This document shows, piece after piece, positions 13,045-27,329 of a DNA stretch of 64,000 nucleotides. This DNA comes from Eledone cirrhosa (taxonomy: Eukaryota), in contig OZ024742.1 of NCBI GenBank assembly GCA_964016885.1, positions 182,528,001-182,592,000 on the forward strand. The letters run 5' to 3'. Within the stretch, counting starts at the first letter, position 1, and every line of letters begins with the position of its first letter. The position numbers and the translations under genes were made by a program. Below the pieces are notes generated by a model. The model was not told the origin of the DNA and ran no database searches. It was given only the letters and a program-made list of their open reading frames with translations.

Positions 13045-13396
13045 CGAAAGAAAGAGAATCAGAGAAAGAGAGATATAATGAGAGAGAGAGAGGTGGAAAA
13101 AATAGAGAAATCAAGAGGAAATAACAAGGAGTAAGCTATTGAAAGAGAGTGGGAGATGGATGAGAGGTGAAATGGAGCGTACAACGTTTCATGCTGGATT
13201 TCAAACTAAAACAACATCAGAAATAAACAGGATGGAAGAAGAGGAAATGTTATGCCGCGTTCATTATAATGTCTGCTTATTCTATCCTCACGTCTATTAC
13301 ACACATATATAATGTCGTTTTGATTTATACAATCAAACATTGTATTGTACCACCTCTCTAAACGCTGATGCATAAACACATACATTGTATATAAAT

Positions 13397-13580
13397 AATT
13401 GTTTCTACTTTTTGGCACAAGGCCAGCAATTACCCAGTGCATTACTGGTACTTTATTTTATCGTAAGGATGAAAGGCAAAGTTAACCTCGGCTGGATTTG
13501 AACTCAGATCATAAAGGGACGTAACTCTATGCTTCAAAGCATGGTGTCCGACTCTCTACCGATACTGCCAATCCACCGCC
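13397..13580 (-). mobile_element. tRNA/Nin-domain SINE
   Basis: Full-length reverse copy of the family consensus. Confidence 0.92.
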
Positions 13581-13697
13581 TTATCTACGTATGTATTAAT
13601 ATATGTGTATATGCAAATATATATATATACATATACACAGAGACACACACACACACACAAAGCAACACACACATATATATACACACATATATATAAC

Positions 13698-13728
<31 letters not shown>

Positions 13729-13729
13729 G

Positions 13730-13879
<150 letters not shown>

Positions 13880-13994
13880 CAGAAGGGATATTCAATTTCT
13901 TGGTAATTCAACAAATATAAATGTTTATAACTGATTCAGAGCACTCAACAGTTTACTGGAGTATAATATAAAATGATATTAAATAAATGGAAAC

Positions 13995-14281
13995 TATATT
14001 TATAAAACCATATTTATTCTATTATATATATTTCAAGGGTCCCAACATTTTGGTGCGCTATCATCAGATAAAATTCGAAGTGTGTTTTATAAATTTTGAC
14101 ATAACCAAGGAGAATATACCTTAACGGTTCAAGTTTTCCTATCCAAGGAAAACTTGAACCGTTAAGGTATATTCTCCTTGGTTATGTCAACATTTATAAA
14201 ACACACTTCGAATTTTATCTGATGATAGCGCACCAAAATGTTGGGACCCTTGAAATATATATAATAGAATAAATATGGTTT

Positions 14282-14291
<10 letters not shown>
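13995..14291. mobile_element. Head-to-head inverted duplication of a hammerhead-bearing pLTR-like unit (146-bp arms, 5-nt loop)
   Basis: Arms 13995-14140 and 14146-14291 with one mismatch seen. HHR on +: ATTTTAT-CTGATGA(14219)...GAAA(14252)-TATATA-TA-ATAGAAT, mirrored on -. Confidence 0.85.
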
Positions 14292-14350
<59 letters not shown>

Positions 14351-14700
14351 TTAGAGTTTTCACTCAGGAGTCAAATACAATTATTAAGCTCTAAGAAATA
14401 CTTCTGAGCATTACATTGTACTATATATGTATATATATATATATATGTATGTATAAACGTTGTGGGAGTGAGAAATTTGAAAATATGGGCATCCCAACGT
14501 ATAGAATTAATGTCATAGTTGTCGTTTACTATACATAATAGTTGAAAAAATTGGGTAAAATTCCGAAACAAGGTGAAGAGAAGCGCCTGCGAGGATTGGA
14601 ACTTCACTTATTTAGAATACCGTACGTTTATGTTATTCCACATACGTGGGGTGCGTATTTTACTCTATATAGTGAGCGACTGGTGTTACAGTAATTGTTT

Positions 14701-14731
<31 letters not shown>

Positions 14732-15090
14732 GTGTGTGTATGTGTGTGTGTGTGTGTGTGTGCGTGTCAGCGTGTGTGTGTGTGTGTGTTTGTGTGTTGT
14801 TGTTCTCTGTGTGTGTGTGTCTGTTTGCGTGCGAGCGCGCGTGTGTGTGCGTGTGTGTGTGTTTGTGTGTTGTTGTTGTGTATGTGCGTGGACTCCCGAT
14901 GTATATCGGGCCGTGACCACAGTTATAAAAGGTATATATAATAGAATAAAGGCACCTTTATTTTATTAAAACTGTCTATATAGTAGTGCTGAAATTAGTC
15001 ACTTGGAAAACTTAGTCATGCGCAAGTGACTACCATCAGACCATATAAACATATACATACATATATATATATATATATATACATATATAT

Positions 15091-15241
15091 AAAGGCTAAA
15101 GTATATCTGAAGCCAGAAGGCTCATTTGGCCGGTTGTTATCCCGGTTTCATGGCGTGAAGCGACTGTGAGTACAACACTCCCTCCTGGACAGGACGCCAG
15201 TCCATCGCAGTGTTAAGCCTCCAGATATTGCTGGTACTCAT
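15091..15241 (-). mobile_element. 3' part of a Deu/Nin-type SINE of a different family
   Basis: Reverse complement: ATGAGTACCAGC...TGCGATGGACTGGCGTCCTGTCCAGGAGGGAG...GTCGCTTCACGCCATGAAACCGGGATAA. Confidence 0.6.
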
Positions 15242-17175
15242 ATATATATATATATAGTGTTCTGCTTGTAGTCAGACTTGCGCGAGACTGCGTTGTACAA
15301 GTAACAAATTTCAGCACTACAATATATAATTACACTCTACTTCTGTGCAGAGTACCTTCTTTATCTCTTTCTAAACTCAGAAGCACACATGTTCACGTAC
15401 GTTTGTGCACACACATATGCACAGGCACTTATACACTTACAGATAAATAAGAGGAAAGTATATATATATATATACATATATATTAAAAGTCCTTTATGTA
15501 TATATATGTTTACCGTCAGACATATATATGTATGTATGTTTATGTGTGCGTGTCTGCTTGTATATACGTATGTGCACAACCGTGCGTATGTATGTGTCTG
15601 CTTGTATATACGCATGTGCACAACCGAACGTATGTATGTAGGTATAATTTATGCGACAACATGTTTCTGGAGGTACTTCTACAACAGTATCGACTTAATG
15701 TACATTAAATAAAACCGAATTACACAGCGTTCAGTCATCTTTAATCAGAACAAACTGTCCACAAATATTTTTCAGCAGACGTGAAATTCATATATGAAAT
15801 GGAAGTTAATAAATTCCGTTTTATATCCAGAAACATTGGAATAACAATAAAATCGTCTTTGTATCTCAATAAAAACCTATCCACAGAACACAGAACTCTT
15901 TCTAATGTCTCTTCTAACAAATTGATTTTCAAATGAGAAGGCCATTCTGTATAATTGGTAAATTAGACGTAGTTATTATATGAAGAATGACAGTTGCCCC
16001 CTGGATACAATAATGTACTTTACTGTGTGTTGTATTCAATAAATCGGAAATTCATGAATTTTTCAGTGTTTAGGTTTCAAGTTTACGGCCGTGACTTCAT
16101 GTTTACCATATATAAGATCACACGTTAGCTATTGGTTGTTGGTGTTATTGTTGATACTATTGTTTGGCTCTAGGTCAGTTATGATCAAAGAGGGGGGTCC
16201 AATTAATTTTTTTATGTTTTTTCAGTTATAACATATCTATGATTACGTGATCAAATACCATTCATATTTTAATACGATAAAGCATAATTTGAGGGAAATT
16301 TTAGTGCTACATCTAGCTAGCAAATCTCCAATAAATTATATTTACTTGAAGAAAGAGAAAAGATGGATGAAATACATTTTTGGTCAGGCCTACATAAAAG
16401 TTAACATGGAACTAAACAATAAGAGAATTTGGAAACGCTTCAATTTATACAATAAAAGGAAAGAAGCTGATCCTCAGATCGAACGAAGGAAACAATATCT
16501 TCATTGATTGTTCCATTGATGACAGTATCATCCGATCGCAACTCCCGGCAAAAGAAGCAACGGGAAATAAAGTATTTTGTTCCAGGAATGCAACGAGACG
16601 CTCGCTCCGGGAATCAAACCCAGAACCTTATTATCACGATTCCAGCACCTCAGCTACTTGTTTATGTGCTTTCAGGCTATATACGTTCAGTCATTTTTAT
16701 TTTCTCGATACACCTTAAAAGCTCAATGTTTTTATTTCTTCAATGCAGAGTTGATATGGTGGTGTTCCTTTTATTGTAAGCTAGCTAAAATCACAACATC
16801 ACTGGAACGTTTTTCTTCATTCGCAGATGAACGGTATTGGCTCAATTGGAATATTAGAATCTTCACAGAAAATTAGCAGACTTGGTAGGACGGAGAACAA
16901 AATGACTTGCGGTATTTTTTCAGGCTGGCTGAGTTCAAATTCCACGGCGGTCATTTTATTTTCCTCCTCTCGGGGTCAATAAAATATCTGACCAGTCGAC
17001 AGTGGCCGATTGGTAGAATTCTTATAAGACTTAATCTGTATTTTGAGTTAACACCACATCCTGGCCCTGGCATTCTGACCGGATCTTCGTTTCCTAACTA
17101 AACAGTAAAATAAAATTAAAAGTGAACTAATCGAAACCTTATCCAAACACTCACATTGCCATTATATTTTACTCA

Positions 17176-17328
17176 GGTGGATTGGCAGTATCGGTAGAGG
17201 GTCGGACGCCATGCTTTGACGTATAGAGTTACGGCCCTTGCCATTCTAAGTTCAAATCCCGTCGATAAAATAAAGTACTAGTAATGCACTGGATAATTGC
17301 TGGCCTTGTGCCAAACGTAGAAACAATT
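17176..17328 (+). mobile_element. tRNA/Nin-domain SINE with an internal deletion
   Basis: Consensus match lacking ~35 bp after the B box. Confidence 0.88.
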
Positions 17329-17639
17329 AAATTTTACTCAGGTTCCAGCATATAAATAGTTGGTTATCAATGCTGAAAATTTAGCCAATGCTAACATAAA
17401 TGTATTTATTTCTTTAGTTATTCTTTTGCTATCGTGAACGACAGTCTATGGTTTTTAATTTATTCTGAAAATAATCAAGAATTTGTGGCGACTATAAGTT
17501 ATGAAGTGGGTGTTTGGAACATAACTTAACAATTGCACTTATATGAAAATATGATGGAAAGTTTCTAGAGAGATATAAACATTTTAAAACAAACATATAT
17601 AAGGGTTCATTTCAGGCAGTTTGGGATAAAAAGATTTAC

Positions 17640-18370
17640 TTTTCCTTGTTATCTTGCTCCTCCAGCTGATGTGCAGCAAAGGGCCACAATCCGTCTCCAC
17701 TTTGATCGGTCTTGAGCAAGTTTTGAAGCCTGGTACCAGTTGCTCTTTCTTTTTCGCAGATCTTCTTTTACAGTTGCACGCCAAATGGTTGTTGATCTAC
17801 CTCTAGGTCTCTTGCCCACAGACGCTGCAACATGTGTCCAGTAGACTGGAAGCAGCTTTCGGCAACTATTTCGTTTAGTTTTCTTGATTTCGTACGCCCC
17901 AACACTTCATCATTCCTTACACTGTACTCCATGATACTTTCAAGATTCTAAAGAATACATCTCATGTGGAAGGTGTCCAACAGCTTCACAACTTTTGTGG
18001 TCGATTTCCAACTCTCGCGTGCATATAAAGCAGTCGAGAGACCTATTGCCTTGTACAGCCTGGGCTTTATTTGTTGAGACACAGATTTTCCATATTCGAT
18101 TGAAGACTGGACGGGCTTTTACTTACCTGGTTTTCACATATTTTTTAATATCACTAGTGTGGGATTGCATATTTTCCAAGTATGTGGAATTTTAAACGAC
18201 CTCTACAGGTGTCCTCTCCAAATGAATATCATATCAGAATCCCCCATCAGATCACCAAACTTCTGAAGTTTTCTTTTAACACTAATCCTTTTCGTTTATC
18301 TGTCATCAACTGCATTTAATTACATCGAATTAGAGGAGAGAAAAACTGCAGTCCATTACCATACAAAGAC
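17640..18370 (-). mobile_element. RTE-clade LINE 3' fragment (pseudogenised)
   Basis: LLDTFHMRCILRILKVSW and GKRPRGRSTTIWRATVKEDL...LAQDRSKWRRIVALC are typical of the RTE ORF C-terminus. Confidence 0.8.
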
Positions 18371-19478
18371 ATCTAAAGGATACACTCTGTGCTCTATGCA
18401 TAACCCTTCTCTGCGGTATGCATACAAATTCTTGGTAGTGTGCATAAACGCTCTCTGTGTATGCATACAGCAGGAAAGGCTGTGTGCATACAACTTGTCA
18501 GGTGTGTATATAAAATCTCTTTGCTGTATGCATACAGCTTTTCAAGTGTGCGCATACAACATTTACGCTGTATAGATTAACTCCTCCGTATTCATACATT
18601 TTCTTTGCTGTACGCATGTAAAGTCTTAACATTTCTTTGCTCTCCGTCTAAAAAATTCTCTACAGTGTGTGTACAACTTCTCTGCAGTATATATACAACT
18701 TCTCTGATGTATGTATTCAACTTATCTGCTGTAGGCACAATAGACTGCAGTCAGTGCATATTGCAATGTTGGCTTTTCATGAACTTTTATATACTTATGT
18801 AAATCATATGCGTTGAGTATTTCTGTAGGTTATTATACTGTTGAAGGAGTTCATTGAATATATACTGAGGATAATCTCCACACATATAACACATACAAAC
18901 ACGCAAAAACACACACACACACATAAAGACGCATACACACATAAAGACACGTAACTATGGTTTTTCGGCCAAACGCATATTCGCTAAGCTTCATCATAAA
19001 AAAGTAGCGAACATATCTCTGGAGAAACGCCTCGTGTGTAAACACAGATATGCATTTATATTTAGTGAATCACACACACACACACACACACACACAGACT
19101 CACAAACACACCCAAATCCACTCCGTGTATATGTGTGTATATGTGTGTGTTTGTGTATGTGTTTGTTTGTTTTATGTATGTATGTTTTGCTGTGTCCCTA
19201 TCACGATTTCTCTTCGCAGTCCTATTTCTTACTATGAAGATCTGTCTCTCTGCTGTTTCTAGAGAAAAGTTGAGATATATTGACTAGCCAATGGTCAACC
19301 CTGATCAAAGGGACCTTTATGCCAAAGACATTCCAATCATGACAATCCTGTCTATTTCTGTTTTTTTTTTTTCAAGTCTTTCCTTATTTTGAACAAAAAT
19401 ATCTATTACGTTATTCCCATGTGACATGAAACAAAACCCTACGTACACACCACACACACACATGCACACCCACTCACC

Positions 19479-19609
<131 letters not shown>

Positions 19610-19672
19610 ATATACAAAGGTTATATTATAATAATTATGGTTTTATAAATATAGTTTCCATTTATTAATATA

Positions 19673-19736
<64 letters not shown>

Positions 19737-19821
19737 AAAAATTGAACAGGGACAGAACAGAGAGGCAGTACGACAAATGTTTATTAGCTTCACGCTCAGG
19801 AGAGTGGGGGGTAGGTGGAGG

Positions 19822-19853
19822 ACGACGTTTCGGGCATAAGCCCTTCTTCAGGT
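19822..19853 (-). ncRNA. Minimal PLE-type hammerhead motif
   Basis: Reverse complement AC-CTGAAGA-A-GGGC TTAT GCCC-GAAA-CG-TC-GT, with AATAAA at 19785-19780 and then (TA)n; stem I is only 2 bp. Confidence 0.6.
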
Positions 19854-20078
19854 AAGTTTTTTTTACTCACCCGAGAATATAATATTAATATTAAGGAACG
19901 GGAACAAGGTATCAATATATATATATATATACCGATGGAAAGAGAAAAGGAGGGAGAGGAACTGAGAGTGAGGTAATATGACTGATTGATTCATGTAATT
20001 ATTGATTTTGGTTTGGTGTAATATTTCACGTTTCTGTGTTAGTCATTTAGTCTCAGACTCAACAATCCCAAACTTGTG

Positions 20079-20114
<36 letters not shown>

Positions 20115-20191
20115 AATATACATATATATATATGTGTGTGTGTTTATCTACGCCCACACACGTATATGCGTATGCTTATATATTTATATAC

Positions 20192-21129
<938 letters not shown>

Positions 21130-21418
21130 ATATATATATATATATGTGAAAGCGCATGGCTTAGTGGTTAGAGCATTGGGCTTGCAATCGAAAGGTTGTG
21201 AGTTCAATTCTCGGACCGGGTGATGTGTTGTTTCCTTGAGCAAGACACTTTATTTCATGTTGCTCCAGTTTACTCAGCTGTAGAAATGAGATGAAGTGAT
21301 ACCGGCCTGCCCACCCAGCCAGTGGGATGGCGTTATCTTATGGCTAAAACAGCATGACGTGCTGTGACCAGCGGCGCCGAATGGATGCCCGACAGACTGG
21401 TTGGTCAAAGTCAAGGTG

Positions 21419-21453
<35 letters not shown>

Positions 21454-21503
21454 CATATTTATACACACACACATATATATATATATGTGTGTGTGTGTGT
21501 ATA

Positions 21504-21544
<41 letters not shown>

Positions 21545-21576
21545 TATATACAAATTGATAAATATATTTATGAGTA

Positions 21577-21626
<50 letters not shown>

Positions 21627-21683
21627 TGTGTGTGTGTGCGCGTGTGTGTGTGCGTGTGCGTGTGCGTGTCTGTGCGCGCGCGC

Positions 21684-21715
<32 letters not shown>

Positions 21716-21737
21716 ATGTCTGTGTGTATTTATGTAC

Positions 21738-23175
21738 GCAGTTGTCCCAGTCTTCAGAAAAATGGAACAAGTCCCTTGCAGTGAATGCCGTCCAATCTCA
21801 CCCCCTCTCATATCATTAAGGAATTTGAGAGTGTGGTAAGTTCACAAATAACTCACTTCCTTGAAATAACAATCTGCACGGGGCGCTTATTGGCAGGGAC
21901 TGCCTGACGCAGCTTCTGCATTATTTCGTTGACATCCTAAAAGCTTTGGAAGTTGGCACCAACACGGATGTTATTTACTATAATTTTAGCAATGCCATTG
22001 GCAGGTTTAAATTGAAGTCTATGGAAAGCTACTGCAGTGGATTAAATGTTTCCTGTCAAACAGATCCCACTGTGTTGTGGTCGAAGGAATTCGATCAGGT
22101 TCAACTAAAGTCAGTAGTAGAGTTCCAAAAGGCACTGTGTGGGCCCACTTATTTTAATTTCCTCATAAATGACATTATAGACGCAATGAAGCACAGCAAG
22201 ATAGGAATTTTCGTAGACGATTTCAAGCTCCACAAGGTCATCAAAGATGTAGGTGACCGAACATGCCTTCAATCGGATCTGTTCGCTGTTATCCATTCGG
22301 CAACAAAAAGAATATGCTACTAAACGAGGAGAACTTTGAATTAAACCACTTAGGGAAAGAGGATGCATTCGAGTGAGTTACCACATTTTCTTCCCTCAGG
22401 TGAAACCTTCATGGCACCAAACAACACCAGCGACCTTGGGGCAATTTGTTGACAACAACTTAAGCTGGATTACTCACATAAACACCAAAATTGACTTGGC
22501 TCGCCAGATGTGTTCCTACATTCTCAGAAATTTCAGGTCTAGAGAAATTCACATCCTCCTACTCTACTCTACCTTTTCCGGTCAAACACTGAATATGTTG
22601 TCCTCTGTGGTCTCCTCAGACAAAACAAATTGAAGCTGTCCAGAGATCAATTACAAAGAATATAGAGAGAATGATAAGCCTTCACTATAACTATTGAAGT
22701 CGACTAGAAAAACCGAAACTCTACTCTCTCCAACGCCGCCGTGGGTGCTATATCATCTTTAAGATGTGGAAAATATTCCCTCAATATTTCCCAAATGATA
22801 TTGGCATTACCTAAAAAAATCCACCCAAGGCTTGGTCTCCTGGTTATCCGCCCGCAACGAAAATACATCTCGCAACTCATAGTAATGATACGACACAACT
22901 AGCCCGCTCTCTTTATTATCATACCGAAATACATCAAAACCGAAACAAATCCCATAATATTTAAAGGTTTCCTGAAAAAGTTCTGACAAGAAATCCCGGA
23001 TAAACAAACACCCACCACCGGGATATGTCTCTGAAAACAACAACGTTTTACTTGAGTAAGTCGCGGAATTCAAAACATGATCATGTTGTGAACCCCTAAT
23101 CTGAAAGACCTCGCCAGGTGGGGCTAGGCTATGAAGTTCGACATGACCTTAGTCAACACTGGGCAAAACCTATCA
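21738..23175 (+). mobile_element. CR1-clade LINE, 5'-truncated RT pseudogene
   Basis: [81 protein letters not shown] in order, with frameshifts. Confidence 0.88.
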
Positions 23176-24194
23176 GAATTATACACACACAAACACACAC
23201 AAACATATATATATATATATATATATACTGATATACGTTTGCCAGTGTGTCAGTGTGTATCTTTATATTTCTCTTTCTTTTTCTACGACTTTACCCCGTC
23301 TCTCTCTCTACGCTTAAATTAAAGATCGATTGACCAACATATTCACCAATCAGATGAGAGTGGTACCATTGCCATGGATTATTTATATTATTTATATGAT
23401 TTTTGTTATTCATTTTACTTGAAATGATTTTTATATATTTGTTCATGATGCCACTGACAGGTTTCTGTTCCCAATACTACTCACTGATTGATACATAATT
23501 ACATTCTAATATTCTTTGCATTTATTTACAGATTGATTTTTTATTTTTTGGTATTTTTTATTATTTTTTTTTTTTTACTTCATTTCTTGTTTAATTTCGT
23601 TTATTCAGTCATGAACTGGATCGTGTAGTGCAAGCGGCGTTGTTGTTGTTATTAGTGGTGGTGGTGGTGATGGATGATGTTGAAGGTTAGTTGTGGTGGT
23701 GGTGATTTTGAAGGTTGATTGTGGTGGTGGTAACAGGTGGATTTCTGTTGCTGTTCGAGTTGGTGGTGAGGTTGATAGCTGTGCTGTTTGTGGTGGGACG
23801 AGGTAATGGTGATTGTGCTGGTCGTGTTGATGGTGACGGGGGAGGTTTTGGTGGAGGCAGTGGTGGTGTTGATGATGTTGATGTTGGTGGTGATGGGAGG
23901 ATCTTTTTTCTATATACTCAGTTACTTCTTTTTCTTTTGTCTTCCACTTCGTGTTTCTTAAGAAATATGCGTGTTTGTGTCCGCACACATATATAAACGC
24001 ACGTGTATATTTCTAAATGTATGTGTATATACATTCATACACCTTTATATGTGTGTGTGTGTGTGTGTGTGTAAGCTATTTTAAATAGCTTATAAATTAG
24101 AGTAAAGGCCCCTAAAAACGAGACAAGAATTTGCCATTGGCCGATATGAGGAATCGAATACCATATCACCGAGATACCGATACATATATACATA

Positions 24195-24520
24195 TGATGA
24201 TGGCTGCCCCCTCGTTATCGAGTATGGCCATTGCACGATATACCATTATTAATTATTATTAATTAATTCTATCGTGCAATGCCTGTGCGTGAAGATATTT
24301 TTACAAGTGAGGAAAGACTGTGCACTGAGCCAATCCCACTCTCTGAGAAACAGTAGCTATAACCCGAAAAGAAGAAAAGATCAACATCATCGGTAACTAC
24401 TGAGCCGCAGGTTTTATATCCGAGTTATCCCAGTTTCCTGAGTTGCCTTCTCCTAGAAGAATGCCCTGACAAAGGCTAGGGGTCCTTCACTTCCACTGGT
24501 TTAACCGGGCGGTACATGTC
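24195..24520 (-). mobile_element. Short RTE-derived SINE-like element, related to 301-884
   Basis: Shares CCTAGCCTTTGTCA.GGCA..TTCTAGGAGAAGG and the 3' tail TGGCCATACTCGATAACGAGGGGGCAGCCATCATC; internal 12-bp inverted repeat at 24229-24281. Confidence 0.7.
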
Positions 24521-24567
24521 TATATACATATTTACATAATTTCGGATGGCCATACATATACATACAT

Positions 24568-24832
24568 AGCAGCTGCCAACTCGTTTTCGAGTATGGCCAC
24601 TACTTCATATCCATGAACGAGTGTGACTTTTTAGTCCAGCCAGCGACTTGAAAACTCTGGTACAAACACTGCACTTGTGACAATTATTGACATATAGTGC
24701 TGGGCCCATGGTACCATGTGATGACAAGTGCAGAGAGATCTCCAGATATAAAGTAATGCCTGTGCCGTGAAGCTTTTATAGTGAGCAAAGGCACTGCACA
24801 AAGCCAGTTCCACTCTCTTAACCAAGATGATA
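24568..24832 (-). mobile_element. 5'-truncated copy of the RTE-derived element at 301-884
   Basis: High-identity reverse match to 597-880 with a ~25-bp deletion. Confidence 0.85.
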
Positions 24833-24835
24833 CAA

Positions 24836-24866
<31 letters not shown>

Positions 24867-24881
24867 AATATATATAAATAT

Positions 24882-24932
<51 letters not shown>

Positions 24933-25023
24933 AATATATATATAAATATATATATATATAAATATATATATATAAATATATATATATATAAATATATATA
25001 TATAAATATATATATATATAAAT

Positions 25024-25054
<31 letters not shown>

Positions 25055-25055
<1 letters not shown>

Positions 25056-25543
25056 GTATAAATATTTCGTATCTCCAAGGAAATACGGTTTTAGGAAGCC
25101 GTAGCTATGCAAACACCAGGGGGCTAATGCCCTCTGGTGATGTCCAGCAGAAGCAAGGGGGACAAGCGTCTATGCATTTCAGGCTTAACCGGCCATCGTC
25201 AGGACGGTCCCTCCCACAGCTTCCGACTGCTGGACTAGAAGACAGACGAGAATATGTAGTTTTCTCGTCTGTGTAAATGAGGTGATTAATCTCATTTGCA
25301 TATGAAGCTGCATAAGTTGGCTCAACTTATAATAAAAAAGAAATAGGATTTCGCTTCAAGCATAGTTTTATACAGTATGTATAAATATTTCGTATCTCCA
25401 AGGAAATACGGTTTTAGGAAGCCGTAGCTATGCAAACACCGGGGGAGCTAACGCCCTCTGGTGATGTCCAGCAGAAGCAAGGGGGACAACCGTCTATGCA
25501 TTCCAGGCTTAACTGGCCTTCGTCAGGACGGTTCCTCCTGACG
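25055..25543 (-). mobile_element. Tandem retrozyme-like element: 1.5 copies of a ~324-nt hammerhead-bearing unit
   Basis: Direct repeat with period 323-324; HHRs at 25167-25206 (intact core) and 25488-25533 (GAAA>GGAA); many internal hairpins. Confidence 0.85.
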
Positions 25544-26167
25544 TTGTAGTAAGTGAAACTTTTCCAGGCTGCAACGTAGTTGGATCAAAACGGGTACCTT
25601 ACGATTACCAAGCGAACTCCTCAATCATTCGGACATGTTGTATACATATATTATATATTGGAGCATATCCAACACCATCTGTAAACCATAAAATTGTTTA
25701 ATGAGGAATGAAGAATGTGAATAGTGTTGGTGGTGAGACGTCATGCCGACTCTAGTTGAAGATATCGTTGATATTTTTTTCGGTTTAATCTTCAAGTTAC
25801 ACCAGGTGCTGGTTAAAAACTTCCATTCATAAGTATTTCATGTTTACATTCTGCAAGTATTTGCTAGAATGTTAAAAAGAATTACCCTTTCATTCGAGGC
25901 TTTGGCGATATTTTATTTTTTCTAAGCAGATGTTTGAATTTTCTAAAGCTGTATGTGGCATATATATTTACACATGTCTTTTACGTATCATAGAATATAA
26001 AATTTATAAACATTTAAAAATATATGACACATTTTTTACACACACTGACACACATACACACACACACATACATACATACATACATACATTCATACACATA
26101 CACACACACATATTATCTCTTTATCTCTCTATCTCTCTATCTATATATCTCTCTCCCTCGCTCTCTT

Positions 26168-26224
<57 letters not shown>

Positions 26225-26312
26225 TCGTTAAGACCCTCTTCCTGCTTTTTTCAAGCGTTAACCTAATATATTCCTTCCGTATACTGTACCGATCGTGTTA
26301 TTTCTGTTTAGC

Positions 26313-26387
<75 letters not shown>

Positions 26388-26903
26388 TGTATATATATAT
26401 ATATACATAATAAGCAAGCTGGAATGAAGTATTAATTTATCATCATATGCATATTGTATTCACCCATGATGCGTGTTTCACGAACGAATCCTACATTTGT
26501 AGGATCAACGTAATACCATTGAGTGCTCAAATTGATGAGCCATCAGTAACCTAAGGTTATACATCATGTGCGTTTATGTGTGTGTGGGGGGGAGGGGGTT
26601 GTTACTGGACAGTTTTGAAAGCATTAAAATTAGAAGCCCAAACTAATAGGATGATGAAATAAGACTACTTTATTTGAAATTTATATTTGTAAGACTTCCA
26701 GCAATGAACATTTTGTATCAAATACTGTTTTATTATTTGTGCTTCCAAGTCATTTTAAATTATAATATATATATGTATATGTGTGTGAGTACACTTTTAC
26801 ATTATCTGTGTATGTGTACATGTTTGTGTTTGTGAATCTGTGTGAATGTGTGTGTTTGTGTGTTTGTGTGTTCACTTTTACATTGTCATTATTTTCTTTC
26901 CAT

Positions 26904-27096
26904 AGGGCGGTGGTTTGGGCTGTATCGGTAGAGGGTCGGACGCCATGCTTTGCAGCATAGAGTTACGCCCCTTTATGATCCGAGTTCAAATCCCGCCGAG
27001 GTTAACTTTGCCTTTCATCCTTACAGGGTCGATAGAATAAAGTACCAGTAATACAGTGGGATAATTGCTGGCCTTGTGCCAAAAGTAGAAACAATT
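26904..27096 (+). mobile_element. tRNA/Nin-domain SINE with a 16-bp TSD
   Basis: TSD ATTATTTTCTTTCCAT at 26888-26903 and 27094-27109. Confidence 0.93.
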
Positions 27097-27329
27097 ATTT
27101 TCTTTCCATCGTTTCCCCACCACCACCACTAGCACACATCTGTGGAGGGGGAGATTACATCATAAATCGATCTCAATACTTGAATTAAACTGTATTTCTA
27201 TCTATTCAAGATAGAAGAAAGGAAATGTTGACGTTGGTGAGATTTGAACTGAGAAACTAAAAGGCTGGATAAACCACTGGAAGGCTCTAATACGTTTGTT
27301 AAACCACGACTTTCGTATTTCTAAATAAT

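Noticed and set aside
23450-23470. GAAACCTGTC (minus strand), resembling an HHR 3' half
   Set aside because: No CTGANGA upstream.
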